This document shows positions 19,898 to 29,340 of a stretch of DNA of 64,000 bases, one piece after another. Under the pieces are notes generated by a model. It worked only from the letters and a program-made list of their open reading frames with translations, ran no database searches and was not told the origin of the DNA. Where the stretch lies: contig DVKF01000005.1 of the NCBI GenBank assembly GCA_018716115.1, positions 397-64,396 on the forward strand, in the 5' to 3' direction. How positions within the stretch are numbered: position 1 is the stretch's first letter; every line of letters starts with the position of its first letter. Made by a program: the position numbers and the translations under genes. The stretch is from Candidatus Alloscybalousia intestinigallinarum. Lineage in GTDB: Bacteria > Bacillota_I > Bacilli_A > RF39 > UBA660.

Positions 19898-21681
19898 TCC
19901 TCACTCACGGTAAAAGAATGTGGATAATCACGAACTAATTCGCGAACAAAACAAGATTCTTTACCCTTGGGAATTAATAAATAAACATAATTTTTTGTTC
20001 TTGTTAAAGCGACATAAAATAATCTTCTCTCCTCACTAAAACGATAATTTTCTTCCTCGAGAGAAACAAATTTCAACACATCTGAATCTTCGATTTGATT
20101 AGGAAACCCCATCTTACCTTCCGCAACATGAAGCAAAATAACATTGTCTTCTTCTAATCCTTTTGATTTATGAACCGTCAGATAACGAAGAGGAATTTCT
20201 TGATAGGGTAAATAAATTAATTTACCTGTTTTTTCATCGTAGCGAAACTCCTGATCAATAGAAGAATAAATATCCCGATTATTTCTTCCCAACACTAAAA
20301 TAGCGGTTTGAAAACTATGATAAACTTCTTTGACGACTTTTTTGAAAGTTCGTACAGCATTCTGATAATAAATAAGACGAATTGGCTGTTTTAGTCTTTT
20401 CATTGCCTGTAAATTTTTCGAAAGTTGATGAGGGTTCTTCATTACAAAACTCCCAGCAACAGTAACTAATTCTTGACTATTTCGATAAGTTTTTTCTATT
20501 TTCATCACGATTGGATGAGGAAAATAACGTTCAAAATGAAGAAAAATCGATAAATCGCAGCCAGTAAATCGATAAATCGATTGAAAATCATCTCCTACTG
20601 CCATAAATTTCGCCTGTGTCATTTTCAAAATTGCCTGAACCAATTTGACACGTACCAAAGAACTGTCTTGATATTCATCAATAATTAAATAACGACACGA
20701 AAAAGGCATTCCTTTTTTTAAAACCGAATCTGTTGCCAATCGAATCATATCATCAAAGTCAATCTCTCCTTGAGAAGATAGCTCATTTTCATATAGGTGA
20801 TAAAATAAATACGCAAAACTTAAAAAGGTCTTTTGCTTTTCGCGCTTTCTCAAAGAAAAGCTTTTTTTATTTTGAGAAAAAAAGTGAATAAAATCCTCTA
20901 AAGAATAAGCATTTGTCTTAAATAGACGAATAAACTTAACGATTAACTTTTGAAACAACACCCGTTCTTCTTTAGGCAAAAAATGATGATAACTATACGT
21001 TGGTGAAAAAGGAAAATAATGAATTTCCAGATACCGAAGTAAACCTTTCATCATTTTAGGATAAAGAAAAATCGTAGTTTGAAAGTATTCCTCAATTAAA
21101 TATTCTAACAAATCAGCTGGTGCCACTCGATAAGGATAATGACTATTCTTTCTTAAAATATGAAGAGCTAATCGATGAAAAGTATAAATACGAATTGGAT
21201 ACTTAAATGTCTTATCGATACTTTTTTGTAGACTTTTGGTCGAATCATTAGTAAAAGAAAGAACGATAATCTCGGATGGAGAAATATTCAAACGCTCAAC
21301 AAGATAACGAATCTTGCCAATAATGGTAAGACTCTTACCGCTTCCAGCTCCCGCAATGACCAATTGATGAATTTCATCGGTAAGAACTACCCGTCTTTGT
21401 AAATCATCTAGGGAATAACCTTGAATATCCCGAAGAAGTAGGTCACAATTTTTTTCTTCTTTTTGAAGCCATAATTCATTCAGTTTGACTAAATATTCTT
21501 CCAAATTTTCGTAATCGTGACAAAAAGTAGCGAAGCTAATATCTTCATTTCGATATACAATTACTCGTTGATAAAGAGGCGCATACTTTTCTTTTAATGC
21601 CAAGCGTTTTCGATAATCCAAATAGCCATGATCAGAAAGTTCTCTAATCTGACGATAAAACTCATCTACTTGTTCTCGCAT
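19894..21681 (-). CDS. UvrD-superfamily helicase, short HelD-like paralogue.
   Basis: Motif I is LVIAGAGSGKSLTIIGKI. The protein is 595 aa. It is divergent from the 816-aa paralogue. Confidence 0.65.
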   Translation of the reverse strand: MREQVDEFYRQIRELSDHGYLDYRKRLALKEKYAPLYQRVIVYRNEDISFATFCHDYENLEEYLVKLNELWLQKEEKNCDLLLRDIQGYSLDDLQRRVVLTDEIHQLVIAGAGSGKSLTIIGKIRYLVERLNISPSEIIVLSFTNDSTKSLQKSIDKTFKYPIRIYTFHRLALHILRKNSHYPYRVAPADLLEYLIEEYFQTTIFLYPKMMKGLLRYLEIHYFPFSPTYSYHHFLPKEERVLFQKLIVKFIRLFKTNAYSLEDFIHFFSQNKKSFSLRKREKQKTFLSFAYLFYHLYENELSSQGEIDFDDMIRLATDSVLKKGMPFSCRYLIIDEYQDSSLVRVKLVQAILKMTQAKFMAVGDDFQSIYRFTGCDLSIFLHFERYFPHPIVMKIEKTYRNSQELVTVAGSFVMKNPHQLSKNLQAMKRLKQPIRLIYYQNAVRTFKKVVKEVYHSFQTAILVLGRNNRDIYSSIDQEFRYDEKTGKLIYLPYQEIPLRYLTVHKSKGLEEDNVILLHVAEGKMGFPNQIEDSDVLKFVSLEEENYRFSEERRLFYVALTRTKNYVYLLIPKGKESCFVRELVRDYPHSFTVSED

Positions 21682-21838
21682 CTATCCATCACCACAATCA
21701 CCTTAAAAGAAAAAGACAAGATTGTCAAAAGATAGAAAATGAAAAAGTGCAATGAAAAAAGAAAGAAAAAAAGAAAAAAAGGCCCAATTATAAAATTTTG
21801 AACCGTTTCTCTTCTACAATATAGAAAAACACTTTATT

Positions 21839-23980
21839 TTAAAATTCTAAATCTTTTTGCATAGCTTCTACTTCAATGTAATCCGTCAAATAGTGCTTTT
21901 TAGATAAATGCTTAGGTACATATTGGATATTTTTTTCTTGAATCACTAAATCTCCCGTTTCTAATTGGAACGGATCAATTGGCTCTTGTTTTATTGTATT
22001 TAATACTTGAAGCAATTCTTCTTTAGAGATTTCTTGATCAAGATGTAGAAAAATAGGAATCCGATAAATAGACTCAATATGAGAAGCAATCCCATGACGA
22101 AGAAAAACTAGTTGTAGAGTAGTCAAAGATTTTGTCCCTAAATAAGGAAATAAAGCATAATAATGATCAGAAAGTAGTACGATATGCTCATGATCTAAAG
22201 TGGCATTACAGAATAACTGTCTACTCTTGTCTAATAGATTTTTGGCATTAGCGCGTAAATAAGGATAAGAATCTTTACTACTTAAAATCTCTTTCATCTT
22301 TTTTAAGATTTTGGTGGCAATAATAATCTCGTCTGGTCCTTCCCAATAACTCTTAGAAATTCCTTTTATTTTTTTTACAAAAATCTGTCGCTTTTCCGCA
22401 TTAATTTCCACGACTCGCCAACTATTTCCTGCTAAAATCAATGTTTCTCCAACTGGCACCAAAGTATTTATAGTACCAATTTCTCTGGACTCTTCACGAA
22501 CCGAATATTCGATTTCATTTTCAAACACCGTTAAAAACTGATACTTAGAAATCGTTTGACTCCCCTTTTCGCCAATCAACAAATCTCCTTCTTCATCCAT
22601 TTCTAATTGATCAATTTCTAACCAATAATGTAGTAAGTCACGATAATCTTCCTGAGAAACTTGCTGGAATGGGGAAAGAGTAAGCATGTACTCTGCTAAA
22701 GCGCTTGGCGTTATACTTCCTATCGACGTTAAGTAACACATGGTTTGATGATATAAAAGCGGATAAGGAAGTTTAGCTTGCCGCAAAGGTTCAATCCACT
22801 TTTCCTTTGTATATAATTCAATCAAAGCAATGCAAAGAATCATATCCCAATCAATTTGTTGATAAAACTCTTTATTTTTCTGCTCAGTATCGTCTTGATC
22901 TTTTTTGTCAAACAGAAACATCATCTCACTGATGCCTGTTCTTCTACCGCTTCGACCTAACCGTTGAACAAAACTAGAAACACTATATGGTGTCCCTGTT
23001 TCAATAATTCGCTCCAAGTCGCCGACATCAATCCCCAATTCCAAAGTGACAGTCGCACCCACTACCGTCTTATAATCACTCGTTCTCATTTCCCGTTCTG
23101 CATATTCTCTTAAACCACCAGAAACATTGCCATGATGAGTAAAATAGAGATCGGGAGTCTGTTTTTTTGCCGCTAGTAATTTTAAATTGGCAATATTGAG
23201 TTCTACTTCACTTCTACTATTAGAGAAAATAATGCATCGTTTTCCAAAAGATAAATGATAAAGCTTATCATAGAAATCAGTCTCTACTACTGCATCATCA
23301 ATGGAAAGGTGAATCGTCCGTTTCTCCCCACTTGCTTGAGGAACTACGCACTTCCGATTCGTTCCTGATGATAGCCAATCTGCGACTTCTAAAGAATTTC
23401 CCACTGTCGCACTTAACCCTATTCTTCTTGGAGAACAACCAGTCAAGCGACTTAAGCGTTCTAACAAAGAAAGCAGTTGAATGCCTCGATTTTCTCCCAT
23501 AAAATAATGAACTTCATCAATCACGATATAACGTAAATCAGAGAAAAACAAAATAGCTTCCTGTTTACGAAAAGTAAGCATAGCTTCTAATGATTCCGGG
23601 GTAATTTGTAACAAACCTTTGGGATTCTTTCGTAATTTATTTTTATGTGAAACAGATACATCACCATGCCACTTATAAACTGGAATATCTGCTTCGATTA
23701 AAAGATCAGAAAGTCGTTCAAACTGATCGTTAATTAACGCTTTTAAAGGACTGATGTATAAGATACCAACTGAAGAAGAAGGATGTTGATAAAGATCTGT
23801 TAAGATTGGTAGAAACGCCGCTTCGGTTTTCCCACTAGCTGTACCACTAGATAATAATAAATGATTATCCGTATTTAAAATAATATCGATACTAGCCACC
23901 TGAATATCTCGTAACTCTTCCCAACGATTACGATAAATATAATCTTGAATAAAAGGAGCTAACTGATTAAAGGCACTCAT
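21839..23980 (-). CDS. DEXH-box (Lhr-like) superfamily-2 helicase, the third gene of a TerB-ATPase-helicase defence triad (Shango SngC-like).
   Basis: Motif I is SSGTASGKTEAAFLPIL. Motif II is VIDEVH. Motif III is SATVGN. Motif VI is QRLGRSGRR. The start overlaps the upstream ATPase gene by 4 nt. Confidence 0.7.
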   Translation of the reverse strand: MSAFNQLAPFIQDYIYRNRWEELRDIQVASIDIILNTDNHLLLSSGTASGKTEAAFLPILTDLYQHPSSSVGILYISPLKALINDQFERLSDLLIEADIPVYKWHGDVSVSHKNKLRKNPKGLLQITPESLEAMLTFRKQEAILFFSDLRYIVIDEVHYFMGENRGIQLLSLLERLSRLTGCSPRRIGLSATVGNSLEVADWLSSGTNRKCVVPQASGEKRTIHLSIDDAVVETDFYDKLYHLSFGKRCIIFSNSRSEVELNIANLKLLAAKKQTPDLYFTHHGNVSGGLREYAEREMRTSDYKTVVGATVTLELGIDVGDLERIIETGTPYSVSSFVQRLGRSGRRTGISEMMFLFDKKDQDDTEQKNKEFYQQIDWDMILCIALIELYTKEKWIEPLRQAKLPYPLLYHQTMCYLTSIGSITPSALAEYMLTLSPFQQVSQEDYRDLLHYWLEIDQLEMDEEGDLLIGEKGSQTISKYQFLTVFENEIEYSVREESREIGTINTLVPVGETLILAGNSWRVVEINAEKRQIFVKKIKGISKSYWEGPDEIIIATKILKKMKEILSSKDSYPYLRANAKNLLDKSRQLFCNATLDHEHIVLLSDHYYALFPYLGTKSLTTLQLVFLRHGIASHIESIYRIPIFLHLDQEISKEELLQVLNTIKQEPIDPFQLETGDLVIQEKNIQYVPKHLSKKHYLTDYIEVEAMQKDLEF

Positions 23981-25299
23981 AGTTCAAAACTCGCAAACTC
24001 ATCACTTACTTCTTGATTCATAAAAGCCTGAGACTGTTGTTGAAATTCATCACTCTGAATAATAGTAAGTAAATTCTTTTCTGGATACTGATAAAGCGTA
24101 TTTAAAAGCTCAATAAAATCACGGATAATTTCTCGTGGCGTAATATTCGTTACCGCGCCAACTCGACTAAATTCTATCTGAATAAAACTAATTAATTCAT
24201 CTAAAGTAATTTTTCTCTGATATTGATATAAATCAGCATGGATATCGGCTAATTTTTCAACTAAAATCGTCATTTCAGACGGCGTTAAAGGTTTTAAGCG
24301 AATGATAGGCGCTAAAAAATCACGGGCTTCATCGTTTGCAAAACGACTATCCTCTAAACGAGATTTTAAAGCTTCATAACTGAAAATACCACGTCTCGTA
24401 TCTTCGACACATTGAGGAGTACCACCCATAATTACCCCTAAATACTCGGCTTTTCCTTGTAAAATATCATTATACATCGTCAAAATCTTTTCATAATTAT
24501 TCTGTCTTGCAACACTCATTGGAATCTTATATAAGTTAACGAGTTCATCGATCAATACTAACATGCCTTTATAACCAGCTTTTACCATGAAAACCGCTAA
24601 TAATTTTACATAGTCATACCAATTTTCATCAGTAATCATAATATTAACACCCAATAGTTCCTTACATTCACTCTTCGTCGTGATTTCACCACGAAGCCAT
24701 CTAAGTGCAGCTCCTTTTTTCTCGTCGTCTCCTTCTTTATAACCATTCCAATAAGTCAAGATAATTTTCGCAAAATCAAAACCATGAACCATCCCCTCTA
24801 CCTGACTAACTACTCGGTAAATTTCTTTTTCTACTTGCTCTGAAAATTTAGGATCATCAACTTTAAGATCACCATTCATCAATACATCATTCTGAATAGA
24901 AGAAATCCATTTTTCTAAAATAAGAGGTAAGGCTCCACCATCTGGTTTTGTCTTGGTCGACATATTCCGAACCAATTCTCGGTAAGTCGCTAAACCTTGC
25001 CCTTTCGTTCCCGTTAGCCTTCTTTCCGGGGATAAATCGGCATCCATGACCACAAAGCCTTTATCCATCACATGATTTCTAATCATCTGTAACAAAAAGC
25101 TCTTTCCACTACCGTACTTTCCTACAATAAAGCGAAAAGTTGCGCCACCTTCTTCAATAAAATTAACATCATTAAGTAAAGCATTAAGTTCCTTTTCTCT
25201 TCCTACCGCAATATAACCTAATCCTGTTCTAGGAACAACCCCGCCCTTTAAAGAATTTAATAAAATCGTTGCGATTCGTTTTGGCACTTTACCATTCAT
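23977..25299 (-). CDS. P-loop ATPase (SngB-like, DUF2791-type).
   Basis: Walker A is VGKYGSGKSF. Walker B is MLVLIDELV. The gene lies in an operon between the TerB-type protein and the helicase. Confidence 0.65.
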   Translation of the reverse strand: MNGKVPKRIATILLNSLKGGVVPRTGLGYIAVGREKELNALLNDVNFIEEGGATFRFIVGKYGSGKSFLLQMIRNHVMDKGFVVMDADLSPERRLTGTKGQGLATYRELVRNMSTKTKPDGGALPLILEKWISSIQNDVLMNGDLKVDDPKFSEQVEKEIYRVVSQVEGMVHGFDFAKIILTYWNGYKEGDDEKKGAALRWLRGEITTKSECKELLGVNIMITDENWYDYVKLLAVFMVKAGYKGMLVLIDELVNLYKIPMSVARQNNYEKILTMYNDILQGKAEYLGVIMGGTPQCVEDTRRGIFSYEALKSRLEDSRFANDEARDFLAPIIRLKPLTPSEMTILVEKLADIHADLYQYQRKITLDELISFIQIEFSRVGAVTNITPREIIRDFIELLNTLYQYPEKNLLTIIQSDEFQQQSQAFMNQEVSDEFASFEL

Positions 25300-25347
25300 C
25301 GTAAACCCTCCTTGTATATTTTTGTTTATTTCTTTTTGATTTTTCCT

Positions 25348-27015
25348 TTAATTTTTCTCTTTCCCACTATGAAGTACTATCTGTAACTCTTTCCAATAAT
25401 CCTCATAGATATTAACTTGATCTCCTAAATCTTCAATTAAATTATCTCCAATATAGTCGAGAGCTTTTAAATTGATATCTTCTAAAACAACCTCTAATAA
25501 TTGAGCTTCTTCTTTAACAATTGTTTCTAGTTCATTTCTCGAAGCTCCATTTATGATATTATTCAAAATCTTTTTCTCAAAAGAAGTCAAATGATCAACC
25601 AATATATCCATTCCCATTTCTAGCTCTGAATCTTGTTCTGGGATTAAACTAGAAGCACTCTCTAAAGTAGATGGTGAAGAAGAAGGTTCTAACTGTATAG
25701 ACGTATCCGTTTTTTCTTCTTCAGTAAGTATTTTTTCTTGAATTCTAACTGTCGATTCTCGAATATTTTGAAAAGAATCTTTATCGATAACGACACTTTG
25801 CCTTCTCTTAATTAAAGCCTCTTCTTTTAATTGTTTCATCTTCTCATCTAAAAATAAATCTACGGCCTTTACTATTGTCTCTATAAAGGCATCATCTTCT
25901 ACCAATGGTAATAAGACTTTTCTTTGTATACTAATTTTTCCTAAGTCTTTCAAAGTAAGAGTTAACTTTCGTTTATAATTCGTCTTTTCCCGAATCCTAA
26001 TTTCTACCATTTTTAAGATAATCCCCATAACTACCCGAAGATTAGGGCTCTCCATAAACATTTTCTTATTACAAATTTTCTTTTGGAATGTATATTGTTC
26101 GATTGGAGAAAAATCAATTTTATTTTCGTAATTTTCTCGTTGTTCCACATAAGGTAACTGTCGAAATAATGGATAATCTGAAATTGTATGCATCTTTCCT
26201 AGAACTAAAGCTTTAAAATCAGCATTATGTTCTGCAAAATAGCGACTAAGATGTTCAAAAACAGTAGGAATGGCTTCTTCGATAAAATAACCATATGTAC
26301 TTTCATAAAATTTACTTTTTTTCACCTTATAACTGGCTTGTTTATCCAAATAAGTCAAAAGTCCTCGATAGTCACCTTGAACGATTTTTATTCTCGCTTG
26401 ATAAGTCTCCCAATCAGTAGTAGACAATAGCCTAGGAAGAATATCATTATAAGAAACAGGAATAGCATAATTAACCATAAAATCTTTCAAAGCAATCACT
26501 AAAATCTGACGGAAATATACTTCCTCAATATCGTTCCAATAGACTTCTAAAATTTTTTTCAATTTTGAATAAGCATCAAGAACAGAGTCAGCACCAATCA
26601 AATTAATTAACTCCGCAAAATAAATCAAAAGATAACCGCTAAAAATTTTAGGGTATTCACCCTTTCGAATTTTAGAACGCCAAGTAAAATAAGTTCTGAG
26701 TTCCGGCACTCTCAATGAGTCGTAATTCCAGGAATAGAAAAAAACTGGCGAAATCACTTGTGGATAATCATCTTCAACATCAACCATAAACTTTGCTTGC
26801 TGAATAAAGATCCAATTTCTAATTTTCGCATAATCTGTTCCTAAAAATTCCACTTGAAAATACGTATCTTCAGCGATTCTTTTCATTTCTTTTAACTTCG
26901 TTAACATCTTCTGATCATTAGAAAAAGAAGTATCACTCGCATATTTAATTTTTTCTGATACATAACTAGGTAAAGATTGATTAAGCTCTTCTAATACTTT
27001 TTCTCTTGTTTCCAA
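25348..27015 (-). CDS. Large TerB-N/TerB-C-type protein (SngA-like). I could not verify the domain call by eye.
   Basis: The 555-aa ORF is the first gene of the triad. It has a TTG start with a strong GGGGGTGA RBS. The assignment rests on gene context. Confidence 0.4.
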   Translation of the reverse strand: METREKVLEELNQSLPSYVSEKIKYASDTSFSNDQKMLTKLKEMKRIAEDTYFQVEFLGTDYAKIRNWIFIQQAKFMVDVEDDYPQVISPVFFYSWNYDSLRVPELRTYFTWRSKIRKGEYPKIFSGYLLIYFAELINLIGADSVLDAYSKLKKILEVYWNDIEEVYFRQILVIALKDFMVNYAIPVSYNDILPRLLSTTDWETYQARIKIVQGDYRGLLTYLDKQASYKVKKSKFYESTYGYFIEEAIPTVFEHLSRYFAEHNADFKALVLGKMHTISDYPLFRQLPYVEQRENYENKIDFSPIEQYTFQKKICNKKMFMESPNLRVVMGIILKMVEIRIREKTNYKRKLTLTLKDLGKISIQRKVLLPLVEDDAFIETIVKAVDLFLDEKMKQLKEEALIKRRQSVVIDKDSFQNIRESTVRIQEKILTEEEKTDTSIQLEPSSSPSTLESASSLIPEQDSELEMGMDILVDHLTSFEKKILNNIINGASRNELETIVKEEAQLLEVVLEDINLKALDYIGDNLIEDLGDQVNIYEDYWKELQIVLHSGKEKN

Positions 27016-27050
27016 ATGATATCACCCCCAGTCATAGAATATTCACTATT

Positions 27051-27078
27051 AGTATACCACCAAACAAATGTACGTCAA
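27051..27078 (-). promoter_or_regulatory. Sigma-A promoter for the triad: TTGACG, 16 nt spacer, extended -10 TGGTATACT.
   Basis: Near-consensus hexamers were read on the minus strand about 35 nt upstream of the RBS. Confidence 0.5.
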
Positions 27079-27236
27079 GGTAATCAAGGAGAATTACTTA
27101 GAAAAACAACTAAACTTCCCCATCCATTAAACGTTTTTAGTATACCATAAAACAAACAAAAATAATACTAGATGATTGGCTAGAAAAAAGAAATATGATA
27201 TACTAAGAACACTTTAGAAAGCGAGGAAAATATTAG

Positions 27237-27806
27237 ATGGAAAATGTAGAATTGGTTGGCATTGCTTATGAGATTGGGGAATGTGGACCAAACCCTCAAG
27301 CGATTAGTATAATTATATATGAAGTATGGCTAGACGAGGGAAAGATAAAATTTGGAAAAAGCCAAGAAGCTGGAATGTTTAAATGTGGCTCTACAATAGA
27401 ACAAGGATTATTAACTAATCGTATTAGAGAATTAAGAGAAAACGGATATTTAACTAGAGTAGAATGGCTCGAAAAATATAAGAAAGAAAAAAATAAAATA
27501 GAAAATCTTTCACCAGAAGATATTAGAGAAAGCAGTCTATTTTCCTTCTTACAACCTGATGATTATGAAAAGGCTGCCCTACTTTGCCTAATCATTAAAA
27601 AACTAGGTTATTTCAATCTCGAAGATATAAAAATACTCTATATGATTATCGAAGAATATGAACTTCACCAAGATGTAGATATGATTGCCAATATTACGAC
27701 TTTTCTAGCAGAAACATTATGCAAAAAACAAGTGGAAGATACAGAACTATTCGAGAAACAAAAAAAGAAGGGACTTGTCCTACCATTTAAAAAGAGAAAT
27801 AAATAG
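27237..27806 (+). CDS. Hypothetical protein.
   Basis: The ORF encodes 189 aa with no recognised motifs. Confidence 0.45.
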   Translation: MENVELVGIAYEIGECGPNPQAISIIIYEVWLDEGKIKFGKSQEAGMFKCGSTIEQGLLTNRIRELRENGYLTRVEWLEKYKKEKNKIENLSPEDIRESSLFSFLQPDDYEKAALLCLIIKKLGYFNLEDIKILYMIIEEYELHQDVDMIANITTFLAETLCKKQVEDTELFEKQKKKGLVLPFKKRNK

Positions 27807-27821
27807 AAAACAGGAAAGCTA

Positions 27822-28064
27822 CTATTCGACCAATAGATGATCCTTTTCAAGGTCATGCAAAAATCGATACTCGCTTTTCTTTATTTTGGCATTCTTATTG
27901 ATAAATACTTCTCTACTAGAAATCAAAATTTCAATCACAATTTGTCTTAGTCCTACTTTAATTACTTTCTTGTAAGTAGGAAACAATAAATTCTCTTGAT
28001 AGCGATATCGATAATATTCAAGTATTTTTAAATCGATATCTCCTCTAATTCTAATCGCAATCAC
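27822..28064 (-). CDS. Small hypothetical protein downstream of the sigma factor gene.
   Basis: The 80-aa ORF runs co-directionally with the sigma factor gene. Confidence 0.3.
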   Translation of the reverse strand: MIAIRIRGDIDLKILEYYRYRYQENLLFPTYKKVIKVGLRQIVIEILISSREVFINKNAKIKKSEYRFLHDLEKDHLLVE

Positions 28065-28185
28065 CTCTAATTATAGTGTTTACAATTAGACAGAATTCAT
28101 GAGGTAAAACAAGAATTTTAAAGAAGGAAAAAGTAAATATTCATTTTAATAATAACAAAACAAAATGAAAAATAGCAGATTATCA

Positions 28186-28773
28186 TTATAAAAATTCCCG
28201 CAAATTTTCTTTTAAAATTTTTAAACATCGGTGATATTCTTTGGAAATAAAGGGCTGTTTAACGCCAAATTTTTGAGCAAGTTCTCCCTGAGTCATATGT
28301 GAATAAGAAAAAAGAGAAAAAGAGTGACAAATAATTTCACGATGAAAATCATCTAACTTGCTAATTTCACGAAATAGTGCTTCATATAATTCTGCTTGTA
28401 CCAATTGTTCATCAAAACAAAGAAAGTCTGTCTTTGCTACATAATACTCTAAAGCAACAGTATCCTTATCAGAATAAATTTCTTGATCCAAAGAAAGGTC
28501 TTTTCCCCCAATCGGGCGTCTTTTTTGCGCATGGCACATTCTCATATAATTCGCAATTTCATTTTTTATACATTTACAAAGAAAAGTACTGATTTTATAC
28601 CCCTTAGCTGGATCAAAGTTTCTAACCCCTTCAATTAACCCAATCTTTCCGATTGAAAACAGATCTAAATACGATAAATTTAAATCGTTATATTGAAAAT
28701 GATACCGCTTAATTACAAGCCCAATCAACTTTATATTTTCTAAAACTAACCGCTCTTGCTGAGGTGTGATCAT
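28186..28773 (-). CDS. RNA polymerase sigma factor, sigma-70 family (a small SigH-like or group-3-like protein).
   Basis: Region 2 is DLFSIGKIGLIEGVRNFDPAKGYKISTFLCKCIKNEI. A region-4 HTH is present (MTQGELAQKFGVKQPFISKEYHRCLKIL). Confidence 0.7.
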   Translation of the reverse strand: MITPQQERLVLENIKLIGLVIKRYHFQYNDLNLSYLDLFSIGKIGLIEGVRNFDPAKGYKISTFLCKCIKNEIANYMRMCHAQKRRPIGGKDLSLDQEIYSDKDTVALEYYVAKTDFLCFDEQLVQAELYEALFREISKLDDFHREIICHSFSLFSYSHMTQGELAQKFGVKQPFISKEYHRCLKILKENLREFL

Positions 28774-28979
28774 ACTTCTCTCCTCTTAACTTTTCTTTAA
28801 TAACAACATATTATCTACTAATAAGTATTGTAAAAAAGGATAGAAATAAATTCAAGTATCTTATATAAAAATTTAGCAATAAAACGTCCAAAACTATCAA
28901 TATCTAAGCATCAAAAAAGTTGACAAATTATTTTCGTTTTTAAATAGCGAAAACAACTAATCAACCTTAAACAAAATAA

Positions 28980-29237
28980 TTAAAGAATATTTTTTAAACT
29001 AGTTTCAAAAGCCGTTAAACCATATTCCTTATTATAATAATTAGGAAATTCATTTAAATGTGCTAAAGCAATTTTCATTATTAAAATCAAATCGTTATTC
29101 GTCACATTAGTTTGTGGATTCTGTGTTCCATGTTCTAATTCTATATCTACTCCCGTGATTAAATCATCAAGGGTAAACTGATCAAATTTAACACCAAGCA
29201 TTTTAGCGGCAGATAGAATTTCTTGTCTACTATACAT
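28980..29237 (-). CDS. Small hypothetical protein (85 aa).
   Basis: The ORF-track frame is the only evidence. It contains an LGVKFDQ...ELEHG...KIALAHL pattern. Confidence 0.4.
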   Translation of the reverse strand: MYSRQEILSAAKMLGVKFDQFTLDDLITGVDIELEHGTQNPQTNVTNNDLILIMKIALAHLNEFPNYYNKEYGLTAFETSLKNIL

Positions 29238-29340
29238 AGTATCGTATCCTCCTAATAAATAGAGTATGTATAGAATAAAAATCCGTGAAAAGTGATTCTA
29301 AACAAATATCCACCAAACTTAGTAAAGAATTAAAACTAAA

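Noticed and set aside
15124-21681. Gabija (GajA and GajB) as an explanation for the UvrD-like helicases.
   Set aside because: No OLD-family ATPase-Toprim (GajA) gene is adjacent. Both helicases have HelD-like N-terminal extensions.
26227-26430. A 67-aa plus-strand ORF.
   Set aside because: It is antisense within the TerB-type gene of the defence triad and has no RBS.
27665-27856. A 63-aa minus-strand ORF overlapping the end of the 27237-27806 gene.
   Set aside because: It encodes a low-complexity F/L/S-rich peptide and overlaps a better-supported CDS.
28377-28592. A 71-aa plus-strand ORF.
   Set aside because: It is antisense inside the sigma factor gene.
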